This document shows, one piece after another, positions 47,909 to 56,660 of a stretch of 64,000 nucleotides of DNA. The stretch covers positions 2,930,924 to 2,994,923 of the forward strand of contig JACJYK010000001.1 of assembly GCA_020636135.1 (NCBI GenBank), in the 5' to 3' direction. Origin of the DNA: Lewinellaceae bacterium. Lineage in GTDB: Bacteria; Bacteroidota; Bacteroidia; Chitinophagales; Saprospiraceae. Numbering within the stretch: position 1 is the first letter of the stretch; each line of letters starts with the position of its first letter. The notes below the pieces were generated by a model that did not search any database, was not told the origin of the DNA, and saw nothing but the letters and a program-made list of their open reading frames with translations. The translations under genes were made by a program, and so were the position numbers.

Positions 47909-50485
47909 ATGAAAGCACCCGCACTGATAGTCAGTCTGCTATTAGCTCATTTCGTGTTTGGACAAGCTGCCTGGGAAGACCATTTCGAAGATGGGGATCT
48001 GACTGCATCACCCGCCTGGCAGGGCGATCTGAATGACTTTACAGTCAATGCACAGGGACGGTTGCAATTACAGGCTGCCGAGGCTGGAACCTCCCGGATC
48101 TATGGCCACTACCTGGCCCGCGACACCTTTGATGTTGACTTCTTTTTCCAGTTGGGTTTTGAACCTTCCTCTTCCAATCGACTACGGGTTTATCCTGCGC
48201 TCAACAACAAGGATCCGGAACAAGGACAAGGCATGGTAATATCCGTAGGCGAAACCGGCAGTAACGACGCCGTCCGGGCTTATGCCTGGGATCAGAACAC
48301 CGGCACATTGCTGGGCAGTGGTGAAGATGGGACCGTGGCCGGTGCTGGCATCCCAGTTCAGGTGCACCTTGAATACCGGTCCGGATCGTGGCAGTGCGCC
48401 CTTGCGTACAATGGATCCGGAACGCTGATCCCCGCCTGGCAAGCTGACTTTCAACTTCCTGCAAGCGATACTTTTTATTTTGTGGTAGAGTGCACCTACA
48501 CATCCACCCGTCGTGACCTGTTTGAGCTGGATGACATCTATGCCGGACCGCCGGTTGAGGACAAATCGCCTCCTCAGATCGTTCAGGCTGATATGGAGTC
48601 CCCTACCCTGACCACCCTGACCTTTAATGAGGCATTGAGCGGCAGCTCCCTTTCCGTGGATAATTTTACATTGCTACCAGGAAACTCCCATCCTCTGACC
48701 GTGGAGCCCGATGATGATTTCCACATTCTGTTAACCTGGGCAGTACCTTTCATCAGCGGACAAACTTACACATTGCAGATCATCCATTTGGAAGACCTGG
48801 CCGGCAATTTCACCGAAGCAGTCACGGTCCCACTTAGGTACATTGAATACGAAATCCCGGTATACGGTGATGTGGTCTTTAACGAACTGATGGTTGACCC
48901 TACACCCAGTCAGGGACTGCCGGAAGCAGAATACATCGAGTTGTACAACGGCTCTTCTAAAACCATTGACCTGGGCAGCCTACGGATCAGGAGAGGTGGT
49001 ACCAATTACCCGCTACCCAGCCAACCTTTTTCACCCGACACCTATGTACTCCTGACTTCTGCATCCGATGCCGCAGAATTTTATCCCATCAGCGAGGTTA
49101 CACCAATGGCTTCCTTTCCTACGCTGACCAATTCAGGTGGACGGCTGGAACTGTATTTTGAAGAAGTGCTTTTACACCGTCTGGATTACAACACTTCGTG
49201 GTACCGGGATGGAAACAAAGACGATGGAGGGTGGAGCCTGGCGTTGATTGACTACGATCACCGTTGTGGCAGTGCCGGAGAATGGATTGCCAGCACGGCC
49301 CAACCGGGCGGAACACCGGGCCAGGCTAACGGCATAGACCACACCCTGCTTGCCGAACAAAAGGGCCGGCTTTACGCCTGGGATGTAGCGGATCCGCAGG
49401 AAATCAAACTTACGTTCAGTCAGGCGCTCACAAAGCCCTCTGAAACATTCCGTTATCAACTGAGCCCGGAGATCCGTTTTGATAATTACAGCTGGAATAC
49501 CGATACCCCTAACGAAATTCAATTTCACCTCGAATCCCCGGTTGCATCGGATCAGCTTTATCAACTCTTGATCAGCCACCTGGCTAATTGCAGCAACCAG
49601 GTATTGGCCGACACCAACGTGACGATCGGTGTATCCCGGCCACCGCAAGCCGGGGACCTGTTGTGGAGTGAGTTGCTCTCCGATCCGTTTCCGGGAGGCG
49701 CTGACTTCGCTGAGATATACAATACGAGTCAGTCGGTAATCAGTCTGGATTCGGTATTCGTTGCCAAAACGGCCAACACCATTGAGGATGCTGTCGGTCT
49801 GAGCGTTTTAGGAAATATCCTGCCCGGGCAGTACCTGGCGTGGAGCCCCAACCGGCCAAGCCTGCAGAAACAGTACCGCTTGCTGGCCCCGGGCAATGTT
49901 TTTAACTGGACACTACCCTCGCTACCCAATGACGAAGGTTCCATCATCCTCTTTTATTACGATGCACAGGCAGAGCCCCAGCTTTTGGATGCCATTCATT
50001 ATTTTTCTTCCTGGCACAATCCATTCCTGCAGGACCCGGAAGGATATTCTCTGGAGCGGATAGATTTCACGAAAGAAACACAAGACCCTTTAAACTGGAC
50101 GTCCGCTTCTGCCAGTTCGGGAGGCGCTACTCCCGGATACCGTAATTCCACACAATCCGAAGCAGATCTGGTGGCCAATAAATTCATCGTAACACATCCG
50201 GTATTCTCTCCGGATGACGACGGGATGGATGATCAGGCTGAAGTAACCTATACCCTCGATGCCCCCGGATACGTACTCAATGCAACCGTTTTTGACATGC
50301 AGGGCCGGCCAGTAGCCAATCCCTACAACCAATTTACGCTTTCCCGCGACGGACTCTTGCTCTGGGACGGGCGGGACGTGCACGGAGGTCTTCTGCCAAT
50401 GGGAAGGTATGTTTGGTATCTCGAAGTATTTAACCTTAAAGGCACCGTAGAACGATTTAAAAAATCAGTAGTTTTAGCCCGATGA
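47909..50485 (+). CDS. Large secreted protein with two lamin-tail domains (LTD) and a C-terminal T9SS type-B-like sorting domain
   Basis: 858 aa with signal peptide MKAPALIVSLLLAHFVFGQ. The LTD-type blocks are VVFNELMVDPTP...GGWSLALID and LLWSELLSDPFPGG...EGYSLERID. The C-terminus FSPDDDGMDDQAEV...VFDMQGRPV...WDGRDVHGG..LPMGRYVWYLEV resembles the gliding-motility C-terminal domain, but it is divergent. Confidence 0.6.
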   Translation: MKAPALIVSLLLAHFVFGQAAWEDHFEDGDLTASPAWQGDLNDFTVNAQGRLQLQAAEAGTSRIYGHYLARDTFDVDFFFQLGFEPSSSNRLRVYPALNNKDPEQGQGMVISVGETGSNDAVRAYAWDQNTGTLLGSGEDGTVAGAGIPVQVHLEYRSGSWQCALAYNGSGTLIPAWQADFQLPASDTFYFVVECTYTSTRRDLFELDDIYAGPPVEDKSPPQIVQADMESPTLTTLTFNEALSGSSLSVDNFTLLPGNSHPLTVEPDDDFHILLTWAVPFISGQTYTLQIIHLEDLAGNFTEAVTVPLRYIEYEIPVYGDVVFNELMVDPTPSQGLPEAEYIELYNGSSKTIDLGSLRIRRGGTNYPLPSQPFSPDTYVLLTSASDAAEFYPISEVTPMASFPTLTNSGGRLELYFEEVLLHRLDYNTSWYRDGNKDDGGWSLALIDYDHRCGSAGEWIASTAQPGGTPGQANGIDHTLLAEQKGRLYAWDVADPQEIKLTFSQALTKPSETFRYQLSPEIRFDNYSWNTDTPNEIQFHLESPVASDQLYQLLISHLANCSNQVLADTNVTIGVSRPPQAGDLLWSELLSDPFPGGADFAEIYNTSQSVISLDSVFVAKTANTIEDAVGLSVLGNILPGQYLAWSPNRPSLQKQYRLLAPGNVFNWTLPSLPNDEGSIILFYYDAQAEPQLLDAIHYFSSWHNPFLQDPEGYSLERIDFTKETQDPLNWTSASASSGGATPGYRNSTQSEADLVANKFIVTHPVFSPDDDGMDDQAEVTYTLDAPGYVLNATVFDMQGRPVANPYNQFTLSRDGLLLWDGRDVHGGLLPMGRYVWYLEVFNLKGTVERFKKSVVLAR

Positions 50486-51435
50486 GGTTGCAGGATTGGC
50501 TGAATAAAGTGTTTCAATCTTTACCCATGCAGGTGTTAACCATCGCAGGGCTGGCAGGTCTTACGCTGGCTGTGATGTTTCCGGGAGAGGTGCTGCTTTT
50601 CAAGAAAATTTCGAACTATGCATTCTACCTCGTATTCATAGAGATTGCGATGATCTTTTTCTTCCTCATCATCCAGCAAAATCGGCTGATGTTTGCATCC
50701 ATCTTCGCGAGTGGGCTATTGTGCTTTTTCCTGAAGCATGCCTCCAACCAAAACCTGATCCTGCCTGCCAAAAACGATCAACGGAAAATCACCGCCGGAC
50801 TGTTTCACATGTCCGCCCTCCAAAACTACCTGGTTGAAGACATGGCAGCCATCACTAAACTGGCCGGGGATGTCCTCATTTTTACTGAGATAACACCGGA
50901 ATGGAAACCTTTTCTAAAAGAACAACTGGATAGCTGTTATCCCAATCAGGCATGGCTTACCCGGAGTGACCCCTTTGGTCAGGTCATATTCAGCCGCTAT
51001 CCGATCCTTTCGGTGGACACCCTGTACTATCAGGATTCCATTTACCAGTTGGGGATCCCATCGCTGCGCTGTATCCTCGAGTGGGAGGAGGACCGTCCCA
51101 TCCAGTGTATTTCCACCTATGCTCTGCCGCCACTGGATGATGCCGGTTACCGGCGTCTCGGCGGACAACTGACCGATCTGGCTGCACACATTCCCAATGA
51201 CTCCTATTTCACGCTGTTTTCGGGCTTACTGAATGTGCCAAACTGGACGACCGAAGTGACCTCCTTCAGGCAACAAATGCGGTTACTGGATAGCCGCAGA
51301 TTTTCCAAATTCTTCAAGTTACCGTTTGACCATTTATTTTATTCCGAACGTTTTGAGTGTACCTCCTTTCAGGAACTACAGGATCCGGTCAATTATTTCG
51401 GCATTGTCGGCACCTACCAAATCCGGTTGCCCTGA
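50482..51435 (+). CDS. Membrane-anchored endonuclease/exonuclease/phosphatase (EEP) family protein
   Basis: 317 aa. Its ATG overlaps the upstream stop (ATGA). There are 3 N-terminal TM helices. The C-terminal EEP-like fold has acidic and His-containing blocks (DVLIFTEITPEW, PFDHLFYS). Confidence 0.5.
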   Translation: MRLQDWLNKVFQSLPMQVLTIAGLAGLTLAVMFPGEVLLFKKISNYAFYLVFIEIAMIFFFLIIQQNRLMFASIFASGLLCFFLKHASNQNLILPAKNDQRKITAGLFHMSALQNYLVEDMAAITKLAGDVLIFTEITPEWKPFLKEQLDSCYPNQAWLTRSDPFGQVIFSRYPILSVDTLYYQDSIYQLGIPSLRCILEWEEDRPIQCISTYALPPLDDAGYRRLGGQLTDLAAHIPNDSYFTLFSGLLNVPNWTTEVTSFRQQMRLLDSRRFSKFFKLPFDHLFYSERFECTSFQELQDPVNYFGIVGTYQIRLP

Positions 51436-51788
51436 TGCGCTGGTTACGGTCATTCGGGTATGCCTGGTCCGGAATTCTCACGGCAATCCGACAGGAAGCC
51501 CATATGCGGTTTCATCTCTTGGCAACGTTGCTGGTGACATCACTTGGTCTTTTTTTTCATGTTTCCCGCATTGACTGGCTGTTTCTCTTACTATTGACAG
51601 CGATGGTTTGGATCACTGAGATGATTAATACGGCCCTGGAAATGCTTTGTAATAAAGTGGAGTCCCGGCAGGATCCGTCCATAAAAGCCGTCAAAGACCT
51701 GGCGGCAGGTGCAGTTCTGGTTGCAGCATTCCTCGCGGCAATTGGAGGAATCCTCATTTTTGGCCCATATTTGCAGGCATGGATTTAA
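51435..51788 (+). CDS. dgkA: Diacylglycerol kinase (prokaryotic DgkA family)
   Basis: ORF 51357-51788. The start MRWLRSFGYAWSGI overlaps the upstream stop (TGATG). 3 TM helices, and the DgkA motif EMINTALE is present. Confidence 0.75.
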   Translation: MRWLRSFGYAWSGILTAIRQEAHMRFHLLATLLVTSLGLFFHVSRIDWLFLLLLTAMVWITEMINTALEMLCNKVESRQDPSIKAVKDLAAGAVLVAAFLAAIGGILIFGPYLQAWI

Positions 51789-53584
51789 AACCATTGAACG
51801 AGACCACCGCAAACCCGCATACCGAATATAAAAAGCGCCTGGAGGCCAGTGAATCGGAAGCCCGGCAATACAGCCGGCATTCCCGGCAAATATCGTGGGT
51901 ACGGGTTATCTTATTCCTGGCGCTGATCACCTGTGGTGTATTATGGATCAGATCTTCCTTCACCGGCACCTCCTTTCTGGTAATGATGGCAATCCTTTTA
52001 GTGGGATTTATCTATGTCATCCGCCTTTACCAGCGTACCCGTAATAAACTAAAACGCGTCCAGTTACTGGCTCGCATCAACCGTGAAGAACTTTCGTGTC
52101 TGGAAGGCGATGCATCAGGATGGGAACCGGGAGCCCGCTTCTCGGGTAGTGACAGCCTCGCCGATGACCTTGATTTATTTGGCCCCCAGGGATTGTATCC
52201 GCATTTCAGTCGTGCCGGGACTGCCTACGGCCAGGATCTCGTGGCCTGCTGGATGACGCAACCATTACTGGACCGGGACGCTGTCCTCAACCGGCAGACT
52301 GCGGTGAAAGAACTTATTCCCGGCACCGGATTCCGGCAAGAGCTACTCATGCAAGCCCTCTGGGAAGAGCCGAAGGACATACCCTTTCAGTCACTCCAGG
52401 AATGGATGCGCGAACCTCCGTTTTTGCCTTCATGGTGGCGTACTGTAGCCAGGTTGTGGCCAATACTTATGGCAGCTGTGATTTTAGTCGCCTATTATTA
52501 CGGCAATTGGTCGCCTACCATTCTGGCTATCATCACCGCCCTGGTTCTCGTAGGCCGCTATCAAAAGAAGATCATGCCCATGCATGAAGCCATCAGTGGA
52601 TACAGCCGCCAGTTCAGCAATGCAGCCACCTTACTCCAGATGATCGCTATCCAACAATACGAACATATTTTGCTGCGTGGGTTGACGGTCAAAGCGCAGG
52701 GCGGAAGCACGGCTTTGAGGCGCCTGAGCAGGTTGGCCAATGCCCTGGATGGACGGCTGAATGGCATCGCCTTCATACTGACCAATAGTTTGTGGCTTCA
52801 GGACCTGCATACCATATTGGAGATTGAAGACTGGAAGAAAGAATACCGGGACCAGTGGCAGGAATGGTTTGATGCTATTGCGAAGCTAGAGGGTCTGCAT
52901 ACGTTAGCGACCTGGGCTTTTAACCATCCGCAAGGTTGCTGGCCGGTTCCCGTCCATGGCGGCGGATGGGAGTTGCAGTCTATGGTTCATCCTCTCTTAC
53001 CGGAAGCTGTCGGGGTGGCCAATGATCTTTCTCTGGCACCAGATGTGCGCGCCGTGCTCATCACCGGCTCCAATATGGCTGGCAAAAGCACCTTCCTGCG
53101 GACGGTAGGTGTTAATGTACTGCTGGCACAGATGGGAACAAAAGTTACCGCCGCGTCCATGCAATGGCAGCCGCGCCGGCTGTTTACATCACTACGGATC
53201 AATGACAGCCTGGCGGAAAGCACCTCCTTTTTTATGGCTGAGCTAAAAAAGTTGAAATACATCCTTACCGAACTGGAGGCTGGTATTCCGGCTCTCGTAT
53301 TGCTGGATGAGGTCCTGAAAGGCACCAATTCAGACGATAAACAATACGGTGCTGAGCAGCTTATTGAACGATTGTTGCTATTACCCGCCATGACTTTTCT
53401 GGCTTCCCACATCACCGAAATGGGAGTCCTGGCTGACCGGCATCCTGGAGAGGTCGTCAACTATTGTTTTGAATCCACCATTCAGGACAACCACCTCTAT
53501 TTTGATTATCAATTAAGGCCGGGTATTGCGAAGAATAAAAATGCCACCTTCCTGATGAAACAAATGGGCATTATCAAGTCCTGA
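51779..53584 (+). CDS. MutS-family protein lacking the mismatch-binding domain (membrane-anchored MutS domain III/V ATPase)
   Basis: 601 aa. 2-3 TM helices in the first 100 aa and again around residue 230. MutS Walker A ITGSNMAGKSTFLRTVG, and Walker B/ABC-like LVLLDEVLKGTNSDD. Confidence 0.7.
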   Translation: MDLKPLNETTANPHTEYKKRLEASESEARQYSRHSRQISWVRVILFLALITCGVLWIRSSFTGTSFLVMMAILLVGFIYVIRLYQRTRNKLKRVQLLARINREELSCLEGDASGWEPGARFSGSDSLADDLDLFGPQGLYPHFSRAGTAYGQDLVACWMTQPLLDRDAVLNRQTAVKELIPGTGFRQELLMQALWEEPKDIPFQSLQEWMREPPFLPSWWRTVARLWPILMAAVILVAYYYGNWSPTILAIITALVLVGRYQKKIMPMHEAISGYSRQFSNAATLLQMIAIQQYEHILLRGLTVKAQGGSTALRRLSRLANALDGRLNGIAFILTNSLWLQDLHTILEIEDWKKEYRDQWQEWFDAIAKLEGLHTLATWAFNHPQGCWPVPVHGGGWELQSMVHPLLPEAVGVANDLSLAPDVRAVLITGSNMAGKSTFLRTVGVNVLLAQMGTKVTAASMQWQPRRLFTSLRINDSLAESTSFFMAELKKLKYILTELEAGIPALVLLDEVLKGTNSDDKQYGAEQLIERLLLLPAMTFLASHITEMGVLADRHPGEVVNYCFESTIQDNHLYFDYQLRPGIAKNKNATFLMKQMGIIKS

Positions 53585-53681
53585 AAGATGCCATTCAAGG
53601 AATAATATGCAGGGTCATCCAACAATTTGATTGGAGACCGGTTCTTAATGTACCCGCGTGTTGAAAGCAAATAATAACACC

Positions 53682-54548
53682 ATGAAAATCACATTGATCG
53701 GTCTAGGCATTATGGGCAATGGCATGGCCCGCAATCTATTGCAAAAACACGGACCTATCACGGTCTATAACCGGACTTCAGGACCAGCGGAGGTATTGCA
53801 ATCCATGGGAGCGGTGGTAGCCACTTCGGTGCCGGAGGCCGTGCGTGATGCCGATCTGGTCATTACCATGCTGGCTAACCCTCAGGTCGTTGAACGCCTC
53901 ATGCTGGGCCAAAAAGGTGGCCTGGTCCACATGAAAAAAGGAGCGATCTGGATGGACAGCACCACGGTAGACCCCATTTTCAGTGGGAAATGCAATGAGG
54001 AAGCTACGCAAGCCGGGATCCGGTTTGTCGATGCCCCGGTTACCGGTACCAAGCCGCATGCCCTCGCCGGAGAGCTGTCGTTCTTTGTGGGCGGCTCACC
54101 GGAACTAATAGAAGAGCTAACGCCCGTTTTGCACTTCATGGGTCCGCGAGTGCTCCACCTGGGACCTGTAACCAGTGGTGCCTCGTACAAGATCTTGCTG
54201 AATCTGATGCTCGCCCAGTCCATGGTTGTCTTTTCAGAAGCCGTACTACTCGGTGAAAAACTGGGATTTGACCGTACCTTCTTACTGGAAAATCTCCCGA
54301 AAGCGCCGGTCATTGCACCCTTCACCCAAGCTAAAGCCCAGATGATCGCTGCCGGTGATGAATCCGTCCACTTTCCACTGGAGCTGATGCTCAAGGATGT
54401 CCATCTAGCCAACAAGCTTGCTTACGAAAAAGGTCAGCCGATGTACCTGGCCGGTATAACGGAGTCGCTGTATGCCGGGGCAAACCAGGAAGGACTATCC
54501 CGGTCTGATTTCTCCTCGATTTTTAAGTGGTTGAGTAAGGAGGAATAA
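53682..54548 (+). CDS. NAD(P)-dependent 3-hydroxyisobutyrate dehydrogenase-family oxidoreductase
   Basis: ORF 53658-54548. The start MKITLIGLGIMGNGMARNL carries a Rossmann fold. The architecture is beta-hydroxyacid dehydrogenase. Confidence 0.75.
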   Translation: MKITLIGLGIMGNGMARNLLQKHGPITVYNRTSGPAEVLQSMGAVVATSVPEAVRDADLVITMLANPQVVERLMLGQKGGLVHMKKGAIWMDSTTVDPIFSGKCNEEATQAGIRFVDAPVTGTKPHALAGELSFFVGGSPELIEELTPVLHFMGPRVLHLGPVTSGASYKILLNLMLAQSMVVFSEAVLLGEKLGFDRTFLLENLPKAPVIAPFTQAKAQMIAAGDESVHFPLELMLKDVHLANKLAYEKGQPMYLAGITESLYAGANQEGLSRSDFSSIFKWLSKEE

Positions 54549-54654
54549 TATTCTGGGCTAAAGCCCTTATCATGCAGATCATTTGAAGCTCCGGGCTAAA
54601 GCCATGGGGCTGGGTTAAACTTTGCATACTGTCCCTCGCGTCACTCGGTCAGCT

Positions 54655-54732
54655 CTTCGTCTTTTACCTCTGCTACCTCTTTCACCTCAGCTACCTTTGC
54701 TACCTCTTTTACCTCTTTTACCTCTTCTACCT
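54655..54732. repeat. Tandem heptanucleotide repeat (TACCTCT / TACCTCA core), about 10 copies, immediately 3' of the beta-lactamase-like gene stop
   Basis: Read directly: ctacctctttcacctcagctacctttgctacctcttttacctcttttacctcttctacctct. It creates a spurious plus-strand LPLLPLLP ORF. Confidence 0.85.
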
Positions 54733-56025
54733 CTAATCATCAATAGCCGCAAATACCATCTGACGGAACCGCCAACCGGAATTGTCGCCATTTGTGCCCT
54801 GCGTCTGCTTCATCAGGATGCCGATCACTCCCTCCTTAGGGTCTGCGAAATATTGGGTATTAAAATAACCACCCCAGTCGAAGGTTCCGGCACTCCCTTC
54901 ACCACCCAGGTCCTGACCTCGCGGGGTTGTGACTCCAAAGGCCAACCCATAATAGCTGGCAGGATTGGAGTTGACCCCGGGAAACTGTTCTCCCATGATG
55001 GACTGGACCGTTGTGCGGGAAAGAATCCGTTTGCCATTTAATTCTCCGCCATTCAGATACATCTCTAAAAAAGTGGCATAATCCTTTGCCGTGCTGGAAA
55101 GACCGGCACCGCCTGAAAAGAAGGTCCTGGCACCCTTGCGGGGATAATCCGGGTCGTAAAAGGTTACGGGGTAATGTTTCCATTTTGTTCCATCTGGTGT
55201 CTGGACCGGAACCAGCCGGTTGGCCCGGTCATCCGGCAGGTAAAACCAGGTGTCCTTCATCCCGAGGGGCTCAAAAAGATGGGTACGGGCAAACTCATCA
55301 AAGGGCATTCCCGAAACGATCTCGATCAGATAACCCAGCACATCCAGGCCCTCGCTGTAAACGAAATTGGTTCCCGGTTCATGGTGTAAAGGAAGCTTCG
55401 CCAATTTTTTCACGCTTTCACCGATGGTGATTTTTTCAGTCGTAAAAAGGTCCGTCACGCCGGCCTTCTTATAGATCATCTTAAACCGTTCATCACCATC
55501 AATGACTCCATAACCTATTCCGGAGGTATGGGTCAACAAATGCCGGATGGTGATCTCATGAGCCGCAGGCACCGTGGTGTACGTGGTATCCGTGTACCGG
55601 AAAGACTGCAGGATCTGCGGATTCTTGAATTCAGGAATGTACTTGGAGATCGGGTCGTCCAGTTGGAATTTTCCCTGCTCCCACAACATCATGACACACG
55701 TCGAGGTGATGGCTTTACTCTGTGAAGCAATCCGGAAAATGTCATCGTTGGCAAACTTACGTCCGGCAGCCTGATCCGCATCACCAAACGATTTATAATA
55801 TACGATCTTACCGTGCCTTGCAATAAGCGCAACCATGCCCGGAACCTCATTGTCTTTTACGGTCTGCTGAAGCATGGCGTCTATTCGGTTTATCCGCTCC
55901 GGCGACATGCCCACCGATTGAGGAGTAGCATCCGCCAGGAGAGCACTTTTTTGGATGGAATTGGTCTGGGCAGTTAGGAATGTCATCAGGAAAAGCAGCA
56001 ATAAGCTACATACAGATCGAATCAT
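54733..56025 (-). CDS. Serine hydrolase of the class C beta-lactamase / penicillin-binding protein 4* family (secreted)
   Basis: 430 aa with a signal peptide. S-x-x-K active-site motif IASQSKAITS, plus a YxN-like element and a downstream KTG-like element. Confidence 0.75.
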   Translation of the reverse strand: MIRSVCSLLLLFLMTFLTAQTNSIQKSALLADATPQSVGMSPERINRIDAMLQQTVKDNEVPGMVALIARHGKIVYYKSFGDADQAAGRKFANDDIFRIASQSKAITSTCVMMLWEQGKFQLDDPISKYIPEFKNPQILQSFRYTDTTYTTVPAAHEITIRHLLTHTSGIGYGVIDGDERFKMIYKKAGVTDLFTTEKITIGESVKKLAKLPLHHEPGTNFVYSEGLDVLGYLIEIVSGMPFDEFARTHLFEPLGMKDTWFYLPDDRANRLVPVQTPDGTKWKHYPVTFYDPDYPRKGARTFFSGGAGLSSTAKDYATFLEMYLNGGELNGKRILSRTTVQSIMGEQFPGVNSNPASYYGLAFGVTTPRGQDLGGEGSAGTFDWGGYFNTQYFADPKEGVIGILMKQTQGTNGDNSGWRFRQMVFAAIDD

Positions 56026-56189
56026 GATGGTCCAATATTTTCGGGAAATTACAACTTATGGCCAACTTCTCTGGCCATTCTATTGAACGAGAAATGCAAG
56101 ATCTGCTTAATTTACCAAATCAGGCTTTCTTACGACCTTCTGTGGAAAATTTACAACTTATGTTGAACTTTGACGCTTAACTGGAAGGC

Positions 56190-56660
56190 ATGGAGTTTAC
56201 GTTTACCTGCAAGCACTTTGACGACTTAACCAATTACGAATTGTATGACCTACTGGCACTCCGGCAGATGGTTTTTGCTGTGGAGCAGCAATGCATCTAT
56301 CTCGATCCCGATGGGAAGGACCTGAAAGCATACCATGTGTTGGGTTATAGCCGCGAAGGTAAACTCGTCGCTTGCGCACGACTGCTTCATGATCCTAAAT
56401 GGCCTGGTCATGCTTCTTTTGGCAGGATCATCAGTCACCCGGAAGTACGCGGCCAGGGTGCTGGCAGATTGCTGTTAAATTTTGTCATGGAGCAGATGGC
56501 GCGCCTCTTTCCTGGTGAGCCGATCCGCATAGGAGCACAAACCTATTTACTGAATTACTACCAGAATGTTGGATTTCAGCGCATTGGCGAAGAGTACCTC
56601 GAAGATGGAATACCACATTGCGATATGATCAAACCTAATTCCTCTCCAACTGGTGTTTGA
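56190..56660 (+). CDS. GNAT-family N-acetyltransferase (ElaA-like)
   Basis: 156 aa. ELYDLLALRQMVFAVEQQCIYLDPDGKD is typical of ElaA. Acetyl-CoA motif RGQGAGRLL. Confidence 0.7.
   Translation: MEFTFTCKHFDDLTNYELYDLLALRQMVFAVEQQCIYLDPDGKDLKAYHVLGYSREGKLVACARLLHDPKWPGHASFGRIISHPEVRGQGAGRLLLNFVMEQMARLFPGEPIRIGAQTYLLNYYQNVGFQRIGEEYLEDGIPHCDMIKPNSSPTGV

Noticed and set aside
52987-53460. 157 aa minus-strand ORF, and 53882-54415 (177 aa minus)
   Set aside because: Both are antisense within the well-supported MutS-family and 3-hydroxyisobutyrate-dehydrogenase-family genes.
54650-54735. EVKEVKEVAKVAEVKEV peptide frame on the minus strand
   Set aside because: placeholder
54622-55041. 139 aa plus-strand ORF encoding LPLLPLLPLLPLLP
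   Set aside because: It is created by reading through the TACCTCT heptamer array and the antisense of the beta-lactamase-like gene. It is not a real proline-rich protein.
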